64,000 bases of DNA, taken from positions 3,598-67,597 of the forward strand of contig CAYOSQ010000002.1 of NCBI GenBank assembly GCA_964406665.1. The letters are read 5' to 3'. Shown here piece by piece: positions 6,489-16,339 of this stretch; the first letter of the stretch is position 1, and the number at the start of each line of letters is the position of its first letter. Origin of the DNA: an uncultured Planctomycetia bacterium (GTDB taxonomy: Bacteria > Omnitrophota > Gorgyraeia > VGKH01 > JBHPFN01). A program made the position numbers and the translations under genes. The notes below the pieces were generated by a model, which saw nothing but the letters and a program-made list of their open reading frames with translations, did no database searches and was not told where the DNA came from.

Positions 6489-8600
6489 TTATTTATCGCG
6501 TAACATTTCAATAATTTTGTTTATCTCTTTTTCCAAAAGCGTCTTGATGTTTGGGCTTAGTTTTTCAAGCATCTTTCTTTTGAATTCTCCTTCAAGCAGT
6601 TTTATTCTTAGTGCTTCAGGATATCCGGATAGCTGAAAATCAAAATCAACGAAATCTCTTTTTTCTTTGGCTTTAGATATTAATAATCTAAGTATGCTTG
6701 ATTCCATAAGCAGTTCTTTGTTCAGGCGCAGGTTAATCTTTCCGTCGAGCCAATCTTGACTATTGATTTTAAAGTTAGCACCCATAAATATGCCTGGGGC
6801 GATAAGATCGAAATTTTTCATGTATTTCTCATTATTATTTAGGTTGAAATCTATTGTTAGAACAGCATCAGTAATTTTTCTTAAGGAGTCAAGACCGATA
6901 AAATCGGCTGTCTGATCTAAGAAATGAAGATTGCTTAAACTAACATCACTAAATTTGATTATGCTTTTTAAGAAATAAGGCTGTTTGCCGTTTAAAGTTA
7001 TCTTGCCATTCATTAATCCTGTTATGTTACAATCAATCGGAAAGAGTTCGTTTAATTCTTCTGCGATAATGTTATCCAAAAAGATATCTAGGTTGTAGTT
7101 TGTCGGAGCAGATAAATCAATTGTACCTTTTGCATCTAGTGTTCCCCCATATCCTTTGCAGCTTAAGCTGTCTATCGAAAATAAATTGTTCTTTATGCTT
7201 GAGAGAAAATGCATATCTTTAAACAGGAGATCTTTTCTGAATATATTTTTGTTATTGCTTATAATATCTTGAGAAAATAGCATTTGCTTGGATGCTATTA
7301 AAAAAGAGTATGTTTTTCCATTACCATGTGAAGCTTCTTTCTGCGGAGAAATAGAAAATTCATTTATCTTTATACCGGTTTCATATATTTCGTTAACCAT
7401 ATTCTTTATTTTATGTGTTGTTGCTATAACTCTGGCATTACCTGTTAATTTTCCAGCGGCAACCTTTGCAACTATCCTTGCGATAAGTGCTTTTTTCTTG
7501 TCTCTTTGAAAAGAACTTATCTGTAGATTTAATACTGGTTCTGTTATGTTTGTTATTTTTCCAGTTAAAAATAAAGGAAAGCGATCGTTTAGTATCGCGC
7601 CGCATTCTTTTATTATCAAAGCATCTTTTTCTAGAATAAGGTTGCAGAATATGCTACTTAATTTCAGAAAGCTTTCTGGTAGATAAAATTTGCTATCAGC
7701 TAGAGAAATATTAGTCTTTAGCTTAAGCAAAGGGATCTTTCCAGTGATGTTCGCTGTGAAATTGACTAAACCGCTTAAGATTACTTTAGATTTTAATTTT
7801 AGTATTTCTTCTATATCGAGAGTCTTTGAGAGTAGTCTTAGGTCTAATTTAGGGTTATCTTGATAAGAGTGGATTATCCCGCTCCCTCCAAGTTTTACAT
7901 TGCCTATGGTTAAACTCATGTCTTGGAGGTTGAGGTCTTTTTGGGAAACCGAGCCTCTTATCTGAAATTGCATTTTCTTTGCAAATTTGTAAAGAAACAG
8001 CTGGTTCAGTAAGATCTTTACTTCTGATGAGTTGTTGAAGTCCATGATGCCTTTACAATGAATATTTTTTGGGTGAAGGCGAAGTTTTGCATTAAGCATC
8101 AGGTAGTCATCTAGCTTTGATTTGTCAGTTGAAAGAATTCTGGCTTTTTTAAGGTGAACTGTAGGATTCAAAAATGTGAGTTTAAAGTCTTTATCGCCTG
8201 CTTCCTTTGCGGTTGATTCAGTAAGGGAGATTATTTTTTCTAAAGCATCAACATCGGAAAGGCTGCTTTCCACTAATGAAATACTTCTTACAATAACAGA
8301 ATTTTTTATAAGCGGAAGCAGGTTAAACTTTAAATCTATCTCCTTGGCGTTGGCAATAGAATCTTTGTTATCGTTTAATAGATTGACATTCTTTAACTGA
8401 ATGCCTTTCCACAGTTGAAAGTCTATGTCTTCAACTAAAATCGAATCATTGCTAAGGAGCTTTATTTGATTATTTATTTCACCTAGATTATTTTTTAGAC
8501 AAATTTGTGCAGAAAGATTTATCGCTATAACGCAGGCTATTAAAACTAGGATGATAGATATGACGAGTTTAAGGGGTAATTTGGGCAAAAATTTTATCAT
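6489..8600 (-). CDS. AsmA-like envelope protein
   Basis: N-terminal TM anchor, long beta-rich body, GYGGTL...GTIDL motif, DF.LSG....L.I C-terminus. Confidence 0.6.
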   Translation of the reverse strand: MIKFLPKLPLKLVISIILVLIACVIAINLSAQICLKNNLGEINNQIKLLSNDSILVEDIDFQLWKGIQLKNVNLLNDNKDSIANAKEIDLKFNLLPLIKNSVIVRSISLVESSLSDVDALEKIISLTESTAKEAGDKDFKLTFLNPTVHLKKARILSTDKSKLDDYLMLNAKLRLHPKNIHCKGIMDFNNSSEVKILLNQLFLYKFAKKMQFQIRGSVSQKDLNLQDMSLTIGNVKLGGSGIIHSYQDNPKLDLRLLSKTLDIEEILKLKSKVILSGLVNFTANITGKIPLLKLKTNISLADSKFYLPESFLKLSSIFCNLILEKDALIIKECGAILNDRFPLFLTGKITNITEPVLNLQISSFQRDKKKALIARIVAKVAAGKLTGNARVIATTHKIKNMVNEIYETGIKINEFSISPQKEASHGNGKTYSFLIASKQMLFSQDIISNNKNIFRKDLLFKDMHFLSSIKNNLFSIDSLSCKGYGGTLDAKGTIDLSAPTNYNLDIFLDNIIAEELNELFPIDCNITGLMNGKITLNGKQPYFLKSIIKFSDVSLSNLHFLDQTADFIGLDSLRKITDAVLTIDFNLNNNEKYMKNFDLIAPGIFMGANFKINSQDWLDGKINLRLNKELLMESSILRLLISKAKEKRDFVDFDFQLSGYPEALRIKLLEGEFKRKMLEKLSPNIKTLLEKEINKIIEMLRDK

Positions 8601-9072
8601 TGAGAAATACTTCGATTTTATCTAAATAATAATGAATTACATATTTATTCGACATTGTGGATTCGTATTCTAGTATTTTGTATTCAGAAAAAAGTAGAAT
8701 AAAAGGATTGCTGAATATCTTATTTTTTAGAAGAAGCATCGACTCTTCTTCCTTTTTGATTTCAGCGATTTTATATAGATATACATTTGCCAGAAAAGAT
8801 ACAATTCTAGCTTCCTTGGTTTCAACCAATTGCTTAAACGAGCATTTTGAATCTAAAATAGCATTTTGTTTGAAGAAGTACTCTGCAATGCCGAATAGAG
8901 CCTCTTGGGCCTCAGGGCTATTAGGTTTCTTATTTACAAATTTTCTTAGTTGCATGAAGGTAAAAATTTCATCTTTATCCTCGCTAGAAAAAGCAATCGA
9001 AGCAAAGAAAGCACTGGTTGCTACTAAAAAGACAATAAGAAGGATTAGATATCTTCTAAAATATTTTTTCAT
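8569..9072 (-). CDS. Secreted TPR-like hypothetical protein
   Basis: Signal peptide; P.SPEAQEALFGIAEYFF resembles CpoB/BamD TPR units. Confidence 0.5.
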   Translation of the reverse strand: MKKYFRRYLILLIVFLVATSAFFASIAFSSEDKDEIFTFMQLRKFVNKKPNSPEAQEALFGIAEYFFKQNAILDSKCSFKQLVETKEARIVSFLANVYLYKIAEIKKEEESMLLLKNKIFSNPFILLFSEYKILEYESTMSNKYVIHYYLDKIEVFLNDKIFAQITP

Positions 9073-9613
9073 AGATTATCGGAGAAACATTTAGTTTATA
9101 TAGATAAAACGCAATAAATAAAACCAAAACCCAAGATGCGTTTACAGCTTCTTTATTGCGTTTCAAATTATTCATGTGAAATTTTTCGGATTGGGCATAT
9201 GGATATCTCTTGAAGTTAGGTATTATTTTGGGAACATGTTGTTTGTATTTGCGATAGTCTTCCTGAAATGCGGTCTCTAGGTCCCTCTCCTCTAATAAAA
9301 TTTGCTTACGGTAAATAAAATAATAGGCCGTCATTACAATTGCTGAGGCCCAGGGGTTCCCAGAAATAACACAGAAGCCCACCATCATCAGGTTAGTGCC
9401 TAGATATAAAGGATTTCTTACGTAGGCGTATGGTCCAAAAGTTGTAAGTTTTTCGGTTTTGGTTATGCATCCATTTGACCAAAAACGTATATATTCACCG
9501 AGCAATACTATCGGCAACCCTGCGAGTATTACTTTCATGTTAGGGGTTGCTAGAATAAGCATGAATATTCCTAGAATTGCCCCCCATTGAAAACGAGCTT
9601 TTTGTCTAAACAT
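9056..9613 (-). CDS. Isoprenylcysteine carboxyl methyltransferase/PEMT family membrane protein
   Basis: LTTFGPYAYVRNPLYLG, EE..L...F..DY..Y...VP..IP. Confidence 0.85.
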   Translation of the reverse strand: MFRQKARFQWGAILGIFMLILATPNMKVILAGLPIVLLGEYIRFWSNGCITKTEKLTTFGPYAYVRNPLYLGTNLMMVGFCVISGNPWASAIVMTAYYFIYRKQILLEERDLETAFQEDYRKYKQHVPKIIPNFKRYPYAQSEKFHMNNLKRNKEAVNASWVLVLFIAFYLYKLNVSPIIYEKIF

Positions 9614-9625
9614 TTTTATCCTTTG

Positions 9626-10096
9626 CTAGTGTGTTATTCCCAGAATCTCTTCGATTTCAGCATAAAGCTTTTTTACAAGTCTATCATTTTTATGAGTCAC
9701 TTTTTGTTTAAAAAACGGAGGAATGGGTGTTATCGCGAGATAACGGATGGATACAGCAGTACTGTAATCGTCAACGGTTTCAACTCGGGCATTAATTGTT
9801 GAATAAGTTGAAGCTATGAAGAATTGTCTTTGTTTTATTTTTGTAAAAATATATGCTCTTAGTAGAGGATCTGATTCTGGCAATCTATCTTTCTTTGTGA
9901 GAGAAGATGTGGATGCCTCCTCTACCTTCCATCCGAGATTTTCTAATGCTTTTATCGTTGAATTGAAAGTTAGAGTGAAATCTGATCGGAAGACTTCATT
10001 ATAGGGGAATTCTTCTTTGAGCTGCTCAGACATCTTTACAGTTATACAACCTTGTAGAATTAATGCTGCGCAGCAAATTAATATAATCTTTTTCAT
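9626..10096 (-). CDS. Hypothetical lipoprotein
   Basis: Lipobox LQGC; TF...IKALE.LGWKV alpha/beta pattern. Confidence 0.65.
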   Translation of the reverse strand: MKKIILICCAALILQGCITVKMSEQLKEEFPYNEVFRSDFTLTFNSTIKALENLGWKVEEASTSSLTKKDRLPESDPLLRAYIFTKIKQRQFFIASTYSTINARVETVDDYSTAVSIRYLAITPIPPFFKQKVTHKNDRLVKKLYAEIEEILGITH

Positions 10097-10140
10097 TGTT
10101 TATCCCACCTTTCTAAATTTTTAATGTTTAGTAAGGAGCA

Positions 10141-13100
10141 TTAATACAGATATATGTCTATTCTGTCAGTTTCACAATTTCTGATTCTTTCAGCGTAAGG
10201 ACTGGGAATAAAATCAGAATCTATGGTTATATTTTTGTTATCTAAATTAAATGAAAATGATTGGGGTTTTTTCGCACTTGCCCCAAAAGTATTCCCCTTT
10301 TCATTGTTGTGGTAAACAACTAATATTTTACCAAGGAAAACGAAAGCCAGGCAATTCTTTTCTAAAATAAATTTCTCTTTCTTTCCGTTAATAAAATATT
10401 CAAATTCAGTATTTGTTTTGGAAAATATCCATTTAGGCAGTGACGGATTAAATTTTAGACAAAGCTTTTCTTCGTTGTTTAAAAAGAATGGTTGTTCTCC
10501 TGCCATCATCAAAAGCCACATGTGTAGAAGTTCGGCCGTTGAACCACTTAGCCTAGCCACAAAACCATTGCCGTGCAATTTTTTGTCAGGGTTGCTGCTA
10601 CTAGCAATAAAAGAAGAATTTTCAAGGATGTTTCTTCCGTAGACCTGCGGATCCTGAAACGGTATGAGCATTTCCTTGAAGTCTCTGAAGAACTGTTCGT
10701 ATAGTCCTTTTCGAAGAGTCTCAAGTAAGTATTTGTATTCCATGTGCAACCATATGGATTCGTTTTCAAGCCACCCGGGAGTAAAAATCTTTGTTCTTCC
10801 GATCTCTTTTGTTTCTTTATCAAGCGATGCGCAAACTTTATACATTTTTAATTTCTTGTCGAAAAGCCCACTTTTTCTAATTGCTTTATAAAGTGTTAAT
10901 GCTTTTCTTTTATTTTTCTCTAGTTTTAACGCATGCATAGGAGCTTCTAAGAATAACGGAAGGGCTCTTTGAGAAAATGACAACGGTTTTATGCAAGGTA
11001 ATCCATGATTGTTAAGCTTAGGATAAGAATTTCCTCGGAAGTCTTGTTGCTGTATTTGTTTGTAGCTTTTTACATCGCAGTATAGATATGTCGGAGGAAT
11101 AGATTTATGCTTGCTTAACTTATAGGATTTTTTTATTCCCTCATCCAGTTTCTTTGAACAGTTTTCAAAAAATTGTTTTGCGTGTTTTATTTGAATTTTC
11201 GTTTCTTGTCCGCTAAATCCAAGCTCAATACTTTTACGATAGGCTTCCTTTGCAGAGTTGCTTTTATCCCAATATGAAAAATCCTTATTAGAATTAGCAT
11301 TTTTTAGATATTCTTTTAGAAGTGCATCTATATGTTCAAAGAAAACAAATAGTTCATCGAAAAGAGTTATTTCATAATCATCTGGGATGTCTAGTTCTGC
11401 GATATATCTATTCAGCAAATCAATTAATCTTTTTAGTTCTAAGGTTTCATTTAAAGATGAACCAAATAATCCAGGAAGGCCATTTAGCGCATCATACCAG
11501 TTGGGTCTTCCGGCCTCCATCTCAATCCCGATGCCGAAAGGATCCAGGGATGCAATTTTATTGCATATGAGGCAAGAAAGTTTTGCTATAAGGTTTGTTT
11601 TGTAGATTTTTCCTTTTCCGAAACTTTCTCTTACCCAGTGTATATCACTAGCCCTTTCATCTATCATCTTTTTATTTTTTAGGCTAAGGCCAATTGCATT
11701 AAACTGTCGAACCTTGTTGTTTTTTATGACATACTTTTCTTCTCTAGGCATTACGATTACGGGATTATCATAAAAAGCAAAAACTCTTTTTTTCAACAGA
11801 AGTTCTCGCAGTTTTTCCGGATAAATAGATAAGTAGCTTTCTAAGGCATCGGTATTGTAAGTCCAGTGGTCAGTCCAATAGCCATCTAAGGTTTCGGCGC
11901 CTTCGTTGTGTTCGGCAATAATGTTAGTTTCGCAAATTGAGACTATTTTGGCTATAAATTCATCATAGCTTACTTTGGGTTTTATGTTATTGTTTTCAAT
12001 GTAGGTAAAGATTTCTCCTGGAACAAAAGAGTTTTTCAGAAGTTCAACAATTTCATTAACGTATTTTACAGCGACAAGTTTTTTTACAATCTTCTTCCCT
12101 TTTTTAGGGTTTTTCAGAGTGAATCTGAATCCTCTAAAAGTCAGAGGATTAAAACCGTCAGCTTGTATAAGGTTTAAGAAAGTAATTAAGTTTATGTCTT
12201 TAACTTGCGGATTAAACCAAGTGTCGTTTCTTCTATTTTGATTAATATCTCTGTAGTTTCCGTTGCCTTCAGAAAAGTATGCGGGGTTTATAGTAAAATT
12301 GTTGTAGTCTCTTTCTGGATCTCCGTGTTTTCTCCAATAAACATGGAATGCATGGGAGTTATCGTCAAAGATAATAGGATATCCACCGCGTAAGGTATTG
12401 TCAAGAAATGTTTGCTTACAGTAGAGATCAAAGTTTCTCAAGCTGCTTGCAGTAAACATCTTATCAGTTATTTCGTGAATGAGTTTTGTGTTTTGATTAT
12501 TTTTTTGCTGGAGATAGTTCTTTTTTGTAATGTTTTTTACTGAACTATCAAGATTTTTTGAATGATTAGTATAGCCGAATACAGAAAAGAGCTCTTTTTT
12601 GCTTTTGGGATTTAATTTGAAGTCAATATAAGCAAAAGCACCCGGAGTTTTATTGTCGGTAATCTGTTTTTCTGGAGGAGTAAATTTACTTTTTTTGAAA
12701 AACTCATATGGATGTGTAAAGTCAGTTATCGGCCCGAAAACATATTCGGATTCAACTATAGGTTTGATTGACTTAGTTTTTTGATTAATTTTATGAAAAC
12801 AGGTGTAGAAATTAGCTTGTTTAACACTTATAACTTCTGGCTTATCGGAAACATAAGCTTTTAGCTTGTAGACTGCTATGTTTTTCTTATCAAGTTGTTC
12901 AACGTTCATCCAGGCTTCCAATGTACGACACATGTCTTTAAGAAGTCTATCGTTAACTCCATAAGGCATGACTATGGGAAGACCATCTAAGAGCTCAACA
13001 TTAAGAGGCTTTTTCGAAATGTTCTCTATTGTAACAATGCGTGTAAGTCCACCAAAAGATTCTTCAGGAATGGAAAAATAATTTACTGATATTACAATCC

Positions 13101-13512
13101 CTAGGCTTTTGTTTGTTTCTTCGAGTCTTAGGTCAGCACTATTTATAATCATTTTTCTTGTAACATCATAATTCGAATTTAAGAAGTTATTTTGGAATGG
13201 TTCATAAAACAGGGTATTCTTCCCTTTTTTAACTTTCAAGAATGTTCTGAATCCTTTTAATGATGTATTTTGGTAAGCTTTATTTGCGGGGAAGAATTCT
13301 AGTATGGCGCCGTCTTTATTCTTTGATCCGAAACTTGCTATGCATTGCCCTCTGTTTACGTAGAAAACCCACAAAGGTATTCCGTAGATTCCAGCTACGC
13401 CGGGAAAAAAGCTAGAAAAAGGTTTTGCTAGGTCGTAATTTTCTATTACGAACCCACCTTCATTATTTAAGAAAAATTTGGTTTTCTTTGATAGTTTTTT
13501 TATATTTGCCAT
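10141..13512 (-). CDS. Large glycoside phosphorylase, GH161-like (beta-1,3-glucan phosphorylase; often annotated as cellobiose phosphorylase)
   Basis: WVFYVNRGQ, RKHGD.ERDYN, GNGNYRDINQNRR, WTDHWTY, WYDALNGLPG, GWLENESIWLHMEYKY, GFVARLSGSTAE. Confidence 0.8.
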   Translation of the reverse strand: MANIKKLSKKTKFFLNNEGGFVIENYDLAKPFSSFFPGVAGIYGIPLWVFYVNRGQCIASFGSKNKDGAILEFFPANKAYQNTSLKGFRTFLKVKKGKNTLFYEPFQNNFLNSNYDVTRKMIINSADLRLEETNKSLGIVISVNYFSIPEESFGGLTRIVTIENISKKPLNVELLDGLPIVMPYGVNDRLLKDMCRTLEAWMNVEQLDKKNIAVYKLKAYVSDKPEVISVKQANFYTCFHKINQKTKSIKPIVESEYVFGPITDFTHPYEFFKKSKFTPPEKQITDNKTPGAFAYIDFKLNPKSKKELFSVFGYTNHSKNLDSSVKNITKKNYLQQKNNQNTKLIHEITDKMFTASSLRNFDLYCKQTFLDNTLRGGYPIIFDDNSHAFHVYWRKHGDPERDYNNFTINPAYFSEGNGNYRDINQNRRNDTWFNPQVKDINLITFLNLIQADGFNPLTFRGFRFTLKNPKKGKKIVKKLVAVKYVNEIVELLKNSFVPGEIFTYIENNNIKPKVSYDEFIAKIVSICETNIIAEHNEGAETLDGYWTDHWTYNTDALESYLSIYPEKLRELLLKKRVFAFYDNPVIVMPREEKYVIKNNKVRQFNAIGLSLKNKKMIDERASDIHWVRESFGKGKIYKTNLIAKLSCLICNKIASLDPFGIGIEMEAGRPNWYDALNGLPGLFGSSLNETLELKRLIDLLNRYIAELDIPDDYEITLFDELFVFFEHIDALLKEYLKNANSNKDFSYWDKSNSAKEAYRKSIELGFSGQETKIQIKHAKQFFENCSKKLDEGIKKSYKLSKHKSIPPTYLYCDVKSYKQIQQQDFRGNSYPKLNNHGLPCIKPLSFSQRALPLFLEAPMHALKLEKNKRKALTLYKAIRKSGLFDKKLKMYKVCASLDKETKEIGRTKIFTPGWLENESIWLHMEYKYLLETLRKGLYEQFFRDFKEMLIPFQDPQVYGRNILENSSFIASSSNPDKKLHGNGFVARLSGSTAELLHMWLLMMAGEQPFFLNNEEKLCLKFNPSLPKWIFSKTNTEFEYFINGKKEKFILEKNCLAFVFLGKILVVYHNNEKGNTFGASAKKPQSFSFNLDNKNITIDSDFIPSPYAERIRNCETDRIDIYLY

Positions 13513-13516
13513 TTAG

Positions 13517-13669
13517 TTATGATCTATTTTTTAATTCATCCAGCAGTTCGTTAAGCTTGCGAATAATAATTACTGGAAAAATGAAAATCCAAACAAAGAG
13601 CGCAAACTGAATTAGCCCCGCGACGATAATAAAAGAAGCTGGTAGTGATTCTGCCATAGCTGCATCCAT
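13517..13669 (-). CDS. 50-aa single-pass membrane protein (missing from the ORF track)
   Basis: Strong RBS AGGAGG; MDAAMAESLPASFIIVAGLIQFALFVWIFIFPVIIIRKLNELLDELKNRS; fills the intergenic gap. Confidence 0.75.
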   Translation of the reverse strand: MDAAMAESLPASFIIVAGLIQFALFVWIFIFPVIIIRKLNELLDELKNRS

Positions 13670-13688
13670 CTTTCCTCCTTAATAAGTT

Positions 13689-14231
13689 TTATATCTTAAC
13701 AGTATTCTTAGGCGAGGTAAAGTATTTTCCTCCCAGATGATAAATAAGTTGAGATTTATCTATTTTCCAAACATCTTCAAATGTTTCTTCTAAAGCTGAA
13801 GCAGAAACAGTTTCTGCGATAAACAGGTTATGATCTCCTACTTCTTTGATGTCTCTAACTCGACATTCTATATGTCCAACGCATTCTTTTATCAGCGGAG
13901 TTCTAGTTAGGCAATTGGCTTTTTCTTCAGAAAGATTTGATCCTGGGAATTTATCGACTTCTCTTCCTGAATGAGAGCCACAATAAATTACCGGTGTCAA
14001 TAAATCAAGCGCAGGTACGTTTACAGCAAATTCCTTTGATTTTTCTATGAGTTCAGAAGTAAGATGTTTTTTTGCAACACATATACCCAAAATCGCTGGG
14101 TTAGAGCTCATTGGCATATGCCAGGCTAGGGTGACTATATTCTTTTTGTCTTTGTAACAGGAGGTAACAAGTATGACTTCCCCGCTGTTAATGAGCCTAT
14201 GTGATTTATTTAAAGGGATTGCTATTTTCAT
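13689..14231 (-). CDS. Flavin reductase-like FMN-binding protein (flavoredoxin family)
   Basis: N..TLAW, EFAVNVP, CGSHSGREVDKF, P.IKEC...IEC, GDH.LFIAE. Confidence 0.9.
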   Translation of the reverse strand: MKIAIPLNKSHRLINSGEVILVTSCYKDKKNIVTLAWHMPMSSNPAILGICVAKKHLTSELIEKSKEFAVNVPALDLLTPVIYCGSHSGREVDKFPGSNLSEEKANCLTRTPLIKECVGHIECRVRDIKEVGDHNLFIAETVSASALEETFEDVWKIDKSQLIYHLGGKYFTSPKNTVKI

Positions 14232-14249
14232 TTATAAGAACTGCAAGGA

Positions 14250-14477
14250 CTATCTGTTAATTACGTTTATGTTTACTTTTCTAGACTTTAAATAGTTGAG
14301 TGCCTTTTTGATTTCTTCTTCTTCGCCTTCTAGAGTTAACATTGCCCATCCGGTATCAGTTGAAAATGATGCTTCAATTATATTAGGTATAACCTCAAAA
14401 TCTTTTCCAATTTGATAAAAAATCGGCTCACTTTTCAATTCATTTGGGAATGTTAATTCAATTTTAATCTTTTCCAT
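14250..14477 (-). CDS. Stand-alone NIL domain protein
   Basis: LTFP.....EPI.Y.....F.V.PNI..A......GW..L.LEG. Confidence 0.8.
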   Translation of the reverse strand: MEKIKIELTFPNELKSEPIFYQIGKDFEVIPNIIEASFSTDTGWAMLTLEGEEEEIKKALNYLKSRKVNINVINR

Positions 14478-14537
14478 CTCTGCTCCTCTTTCTAATTTTT
14501 GCTAATTTCAATTGTATAATTATACCATTTTTTGCTA

Positions 14538-15134
14538 TTATTTAATATCAAATTTTCTATATTTTATTTTTTGATCTGAGATTTTTGACAGGTAATTTTG
14601 ATTGACGTGTGCTTGATTCATGAATTTTTTCCTTAGATTCTCAAAATATTGTATATACGCTTCTGATTTGTAGTCTGTATATGTCCAGGGCAAAGGTTGG
14701 AAGGCTTTACCTTTGTAATAAAGAGCTAGCTCAGCAAATACCCCTTTTCTAAGATAGATTCTATGGGAATAGTTTTTTACGCTTGCCAGTACAACTTTTG
14801 CTGCGGTTAAATATCCGGGGTCAATGTTTATCGTTCTTTTTTGTTTTTTAGATAGTTTCCTTTCTAGGCTTACGCTATATTTCTTTATTTCAGGCAATAT
14901 GTCAGGCTTGATAAGTTTTTCAAATCCTATAAATTTTTTAAATAACGGCTTTCCCATTTCCTCATGGTAGTAACTTGTTAAATCAAAAGGAAAAACTTCA
15001 CTTTCTGAATCAATAGGTCCAAATCTTTTAGGTGCTGCTTGTGAAAAAGAAGAAAAATTATCAACCTCCTTTGAGATTAATCCGAAAAAAAGTTTAACAG
15101 AAGTAATTTGACATGGATTTTTTTTGAATTGCAT
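14538..15134 (-). CDS. DUF4416 family protein
   Basis: FGPID..S, T.YY..EMG..L, R.INIDPGY, LAS.KN.SHRIYL..G, PWTY.DY. Confidence 0.85.
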   Translation of the reverse strand: MQFKKNPCQITSVKLFFGLISKEVDNFSSFSQAAPKRFGPIDSESEVFPFDLTSYYHEEMGKPLFKKFIGFEKLIKPDILPEIKKYSVSLERKLSKKQKRTINIDPGYLTAAKVVLASVKNYSHRIYLRKGVFAELALYYKGKAFQPLPWTYTDYKSEAYIQYFENLRKKFMNQAHVNQNYLSKISDQKIKYRKFDIK

Positions 15135-15161
15135 TTTGCTAATTAAAATTAACTGGTAGGA

Positions 15162-15527
15162 TTAATCTTTCTTTTCAAGATGACCATCAACGTATTCGGA
15201 GATTTTCTTTATTTCACTTTTATTAATATCGCTGAAGAAAATAGCAATATCATAATGTTTTGGTCCTGGGAAAGGCCCTTCTACTCTGACAACTACTCCT
15301 TCGCATTCAACTTTCTTGGTGATAATTTTCTTATCCTTTTGCAGGGGCAGTAAAAGTACGATTTTAAGTTTTGTTAATGGTTCCAAATATCTACTTACCG
15401 AACAGTATGCTCCTGCAGAACAAATATTCTTTGTTTTGGTTACTATGTCGTATTCCCCAGACCTTATCTTAAGAGGTATATCCTTCTCAATTCGGGGATA
15501 GCTTCTTCTTTCTTGATTAAGTTCCAT
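15162..15527 (-). CDS. PilZ domain protein
   Basis: ERRSYPR, TKNICSAG, GVVVR, IAIFF; ATG at 15527 avoids overlap with the upstream gene. Confidence 0.85.
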   Translation of the reverse strand: MELNQERRSYPRIEKDIPLKIRSGEYDIVTKTKNICSAGAYCSVSRYLEPLTKLKIVLLLPLQKDKKIITKKVECEGVVVRVEGPFPGPKHYDIAIFFSDINKSEIKKISEYVDGHLEKKD

Positions 15528-15531
15528 TGTT

Positions 15532-15732
15532 TTATTCTGCCGGGGTTTCTTCTTTTTTATTTTTTGCTTTCCAGCATCTTTTGTTGCAAAAATACTTAGC
15601 ATCCCGGTAGTATCTCTTAACTCTTTTTAGGGGTTTTTTACAGGATGCACAATTAGCGGCTAATTCTTTTTTTGCCTTTTTGGCTTCTTTTTTTAGTTCT
15701 TTAGGTGATTTTTTGACTTCTTGTTCTGACAT
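15532..15732 (-). CDS. Small Lys-rich Zn-finger protein (TRASH/eL24-like)
   Basis: CASC-x17-CNKRC with YYRD.KYFC; RBS AAAGGAA. Confidence 0.65.
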   Translation of the reverse strand: MSEQEVKKSPKELKKEAKKAKKELAANCASCKKPLKRVKRYYRDAKYFCNKRCWKAKNKKEETPAE

Positions 15733-15765
15733 GCTGTTCCTTTCTAGATTGATTGTACTAGTTTG

Positions 15766-16134
15766 TTATAGATTAAATGCTGCCTTAAGTCTTTTTTCTC
15801 TTAAGAATTCCAGGAGATGTTTCTTATCTTCGCTGTTAATCTGAGTAAATTCAACACCAAATTGATATCTTTCTGAGCAAGGAAGATTCTGCGACCAAGA
15901 GATTTTTCCCAGGGCAGATATAGATCTTGTAATTTCAGGTAAACTTAGGTTGAGCTTTACCTCAGTATTCAAGGCTAGAAAATTATCTAGAATTATCCTT
16001 ACTCCGCCTTCGCTAATATCTTTAGTTAGTGTTGCTCCAAAGTTATTAGTTGACTTCATTCCATATCGTATGGGAGTATGAATATTTTCTCTAATAAAAT
16101 TACGCCTGTTGAATCCTTGGTTTAAATTATGCAT
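15766..16134 (-). CDS. PilZ domain protein
   Basis: RRNFIR, TKDISEGG, GKISW, FGVEF; start placed after the AGGAG RBS and downstream of the promoter. Confidence 0.88.
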   Translation of the reverse strand: MHNLNQGFNRRNFIRENIHTPIRYGMKSTNNFGATLTKDISEGGVRIILDNFLALNTEVKLNLSLPEITRSISALGKISWSQNLPCSERYQFGVEFTQINSEDKKHLLEFLREKRLKAAFNL

Positions 16135-16183
16135 TAGCCACAGTGCTCCTATAGTGTTTCCGTGGTTATTGAAACTGAAAAAT

Positions 16184-16212
16184 ACTATAACATAGTTTCC
16201 CCAATTTTTCAA
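16184..16212 (-). promoter_or_regulatory. Sigma70 promoter (leftward)
   Basis: TTGAAA-17 nt-TATAGT with TG extension. Confidence 0.6.
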
Positions 16213-16245
16213 TTATTTTCGCTAGATGATAAAGATTCTTACTTA

Positions 16246-16273
16246 TTTACAAAATCATTGATTATGATATAAT
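16246..16273 (+). promoter_or_regulatory. Sigma70 promoter (rightward, exeA)
   Basis: TTTACA-16 nt-TATAAT with TG extension. Confidence 0.55.
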
Positions 16274-16339
16274 AGTTGCAATCTTTCGATGTAACTCTTT
16301 GTATCAGATAAAGAAACGCCACTTTTACTAATTACAAAA

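Noticed and set aside
16135-16339. c-di-GMP riboswitch upstream of the PilZ genes, and a longer PilZ ORF from 16212
   Set aside because: The leader is only about 45 nt with no GEMM-type structure; the TTG at 16212 is the -35 box
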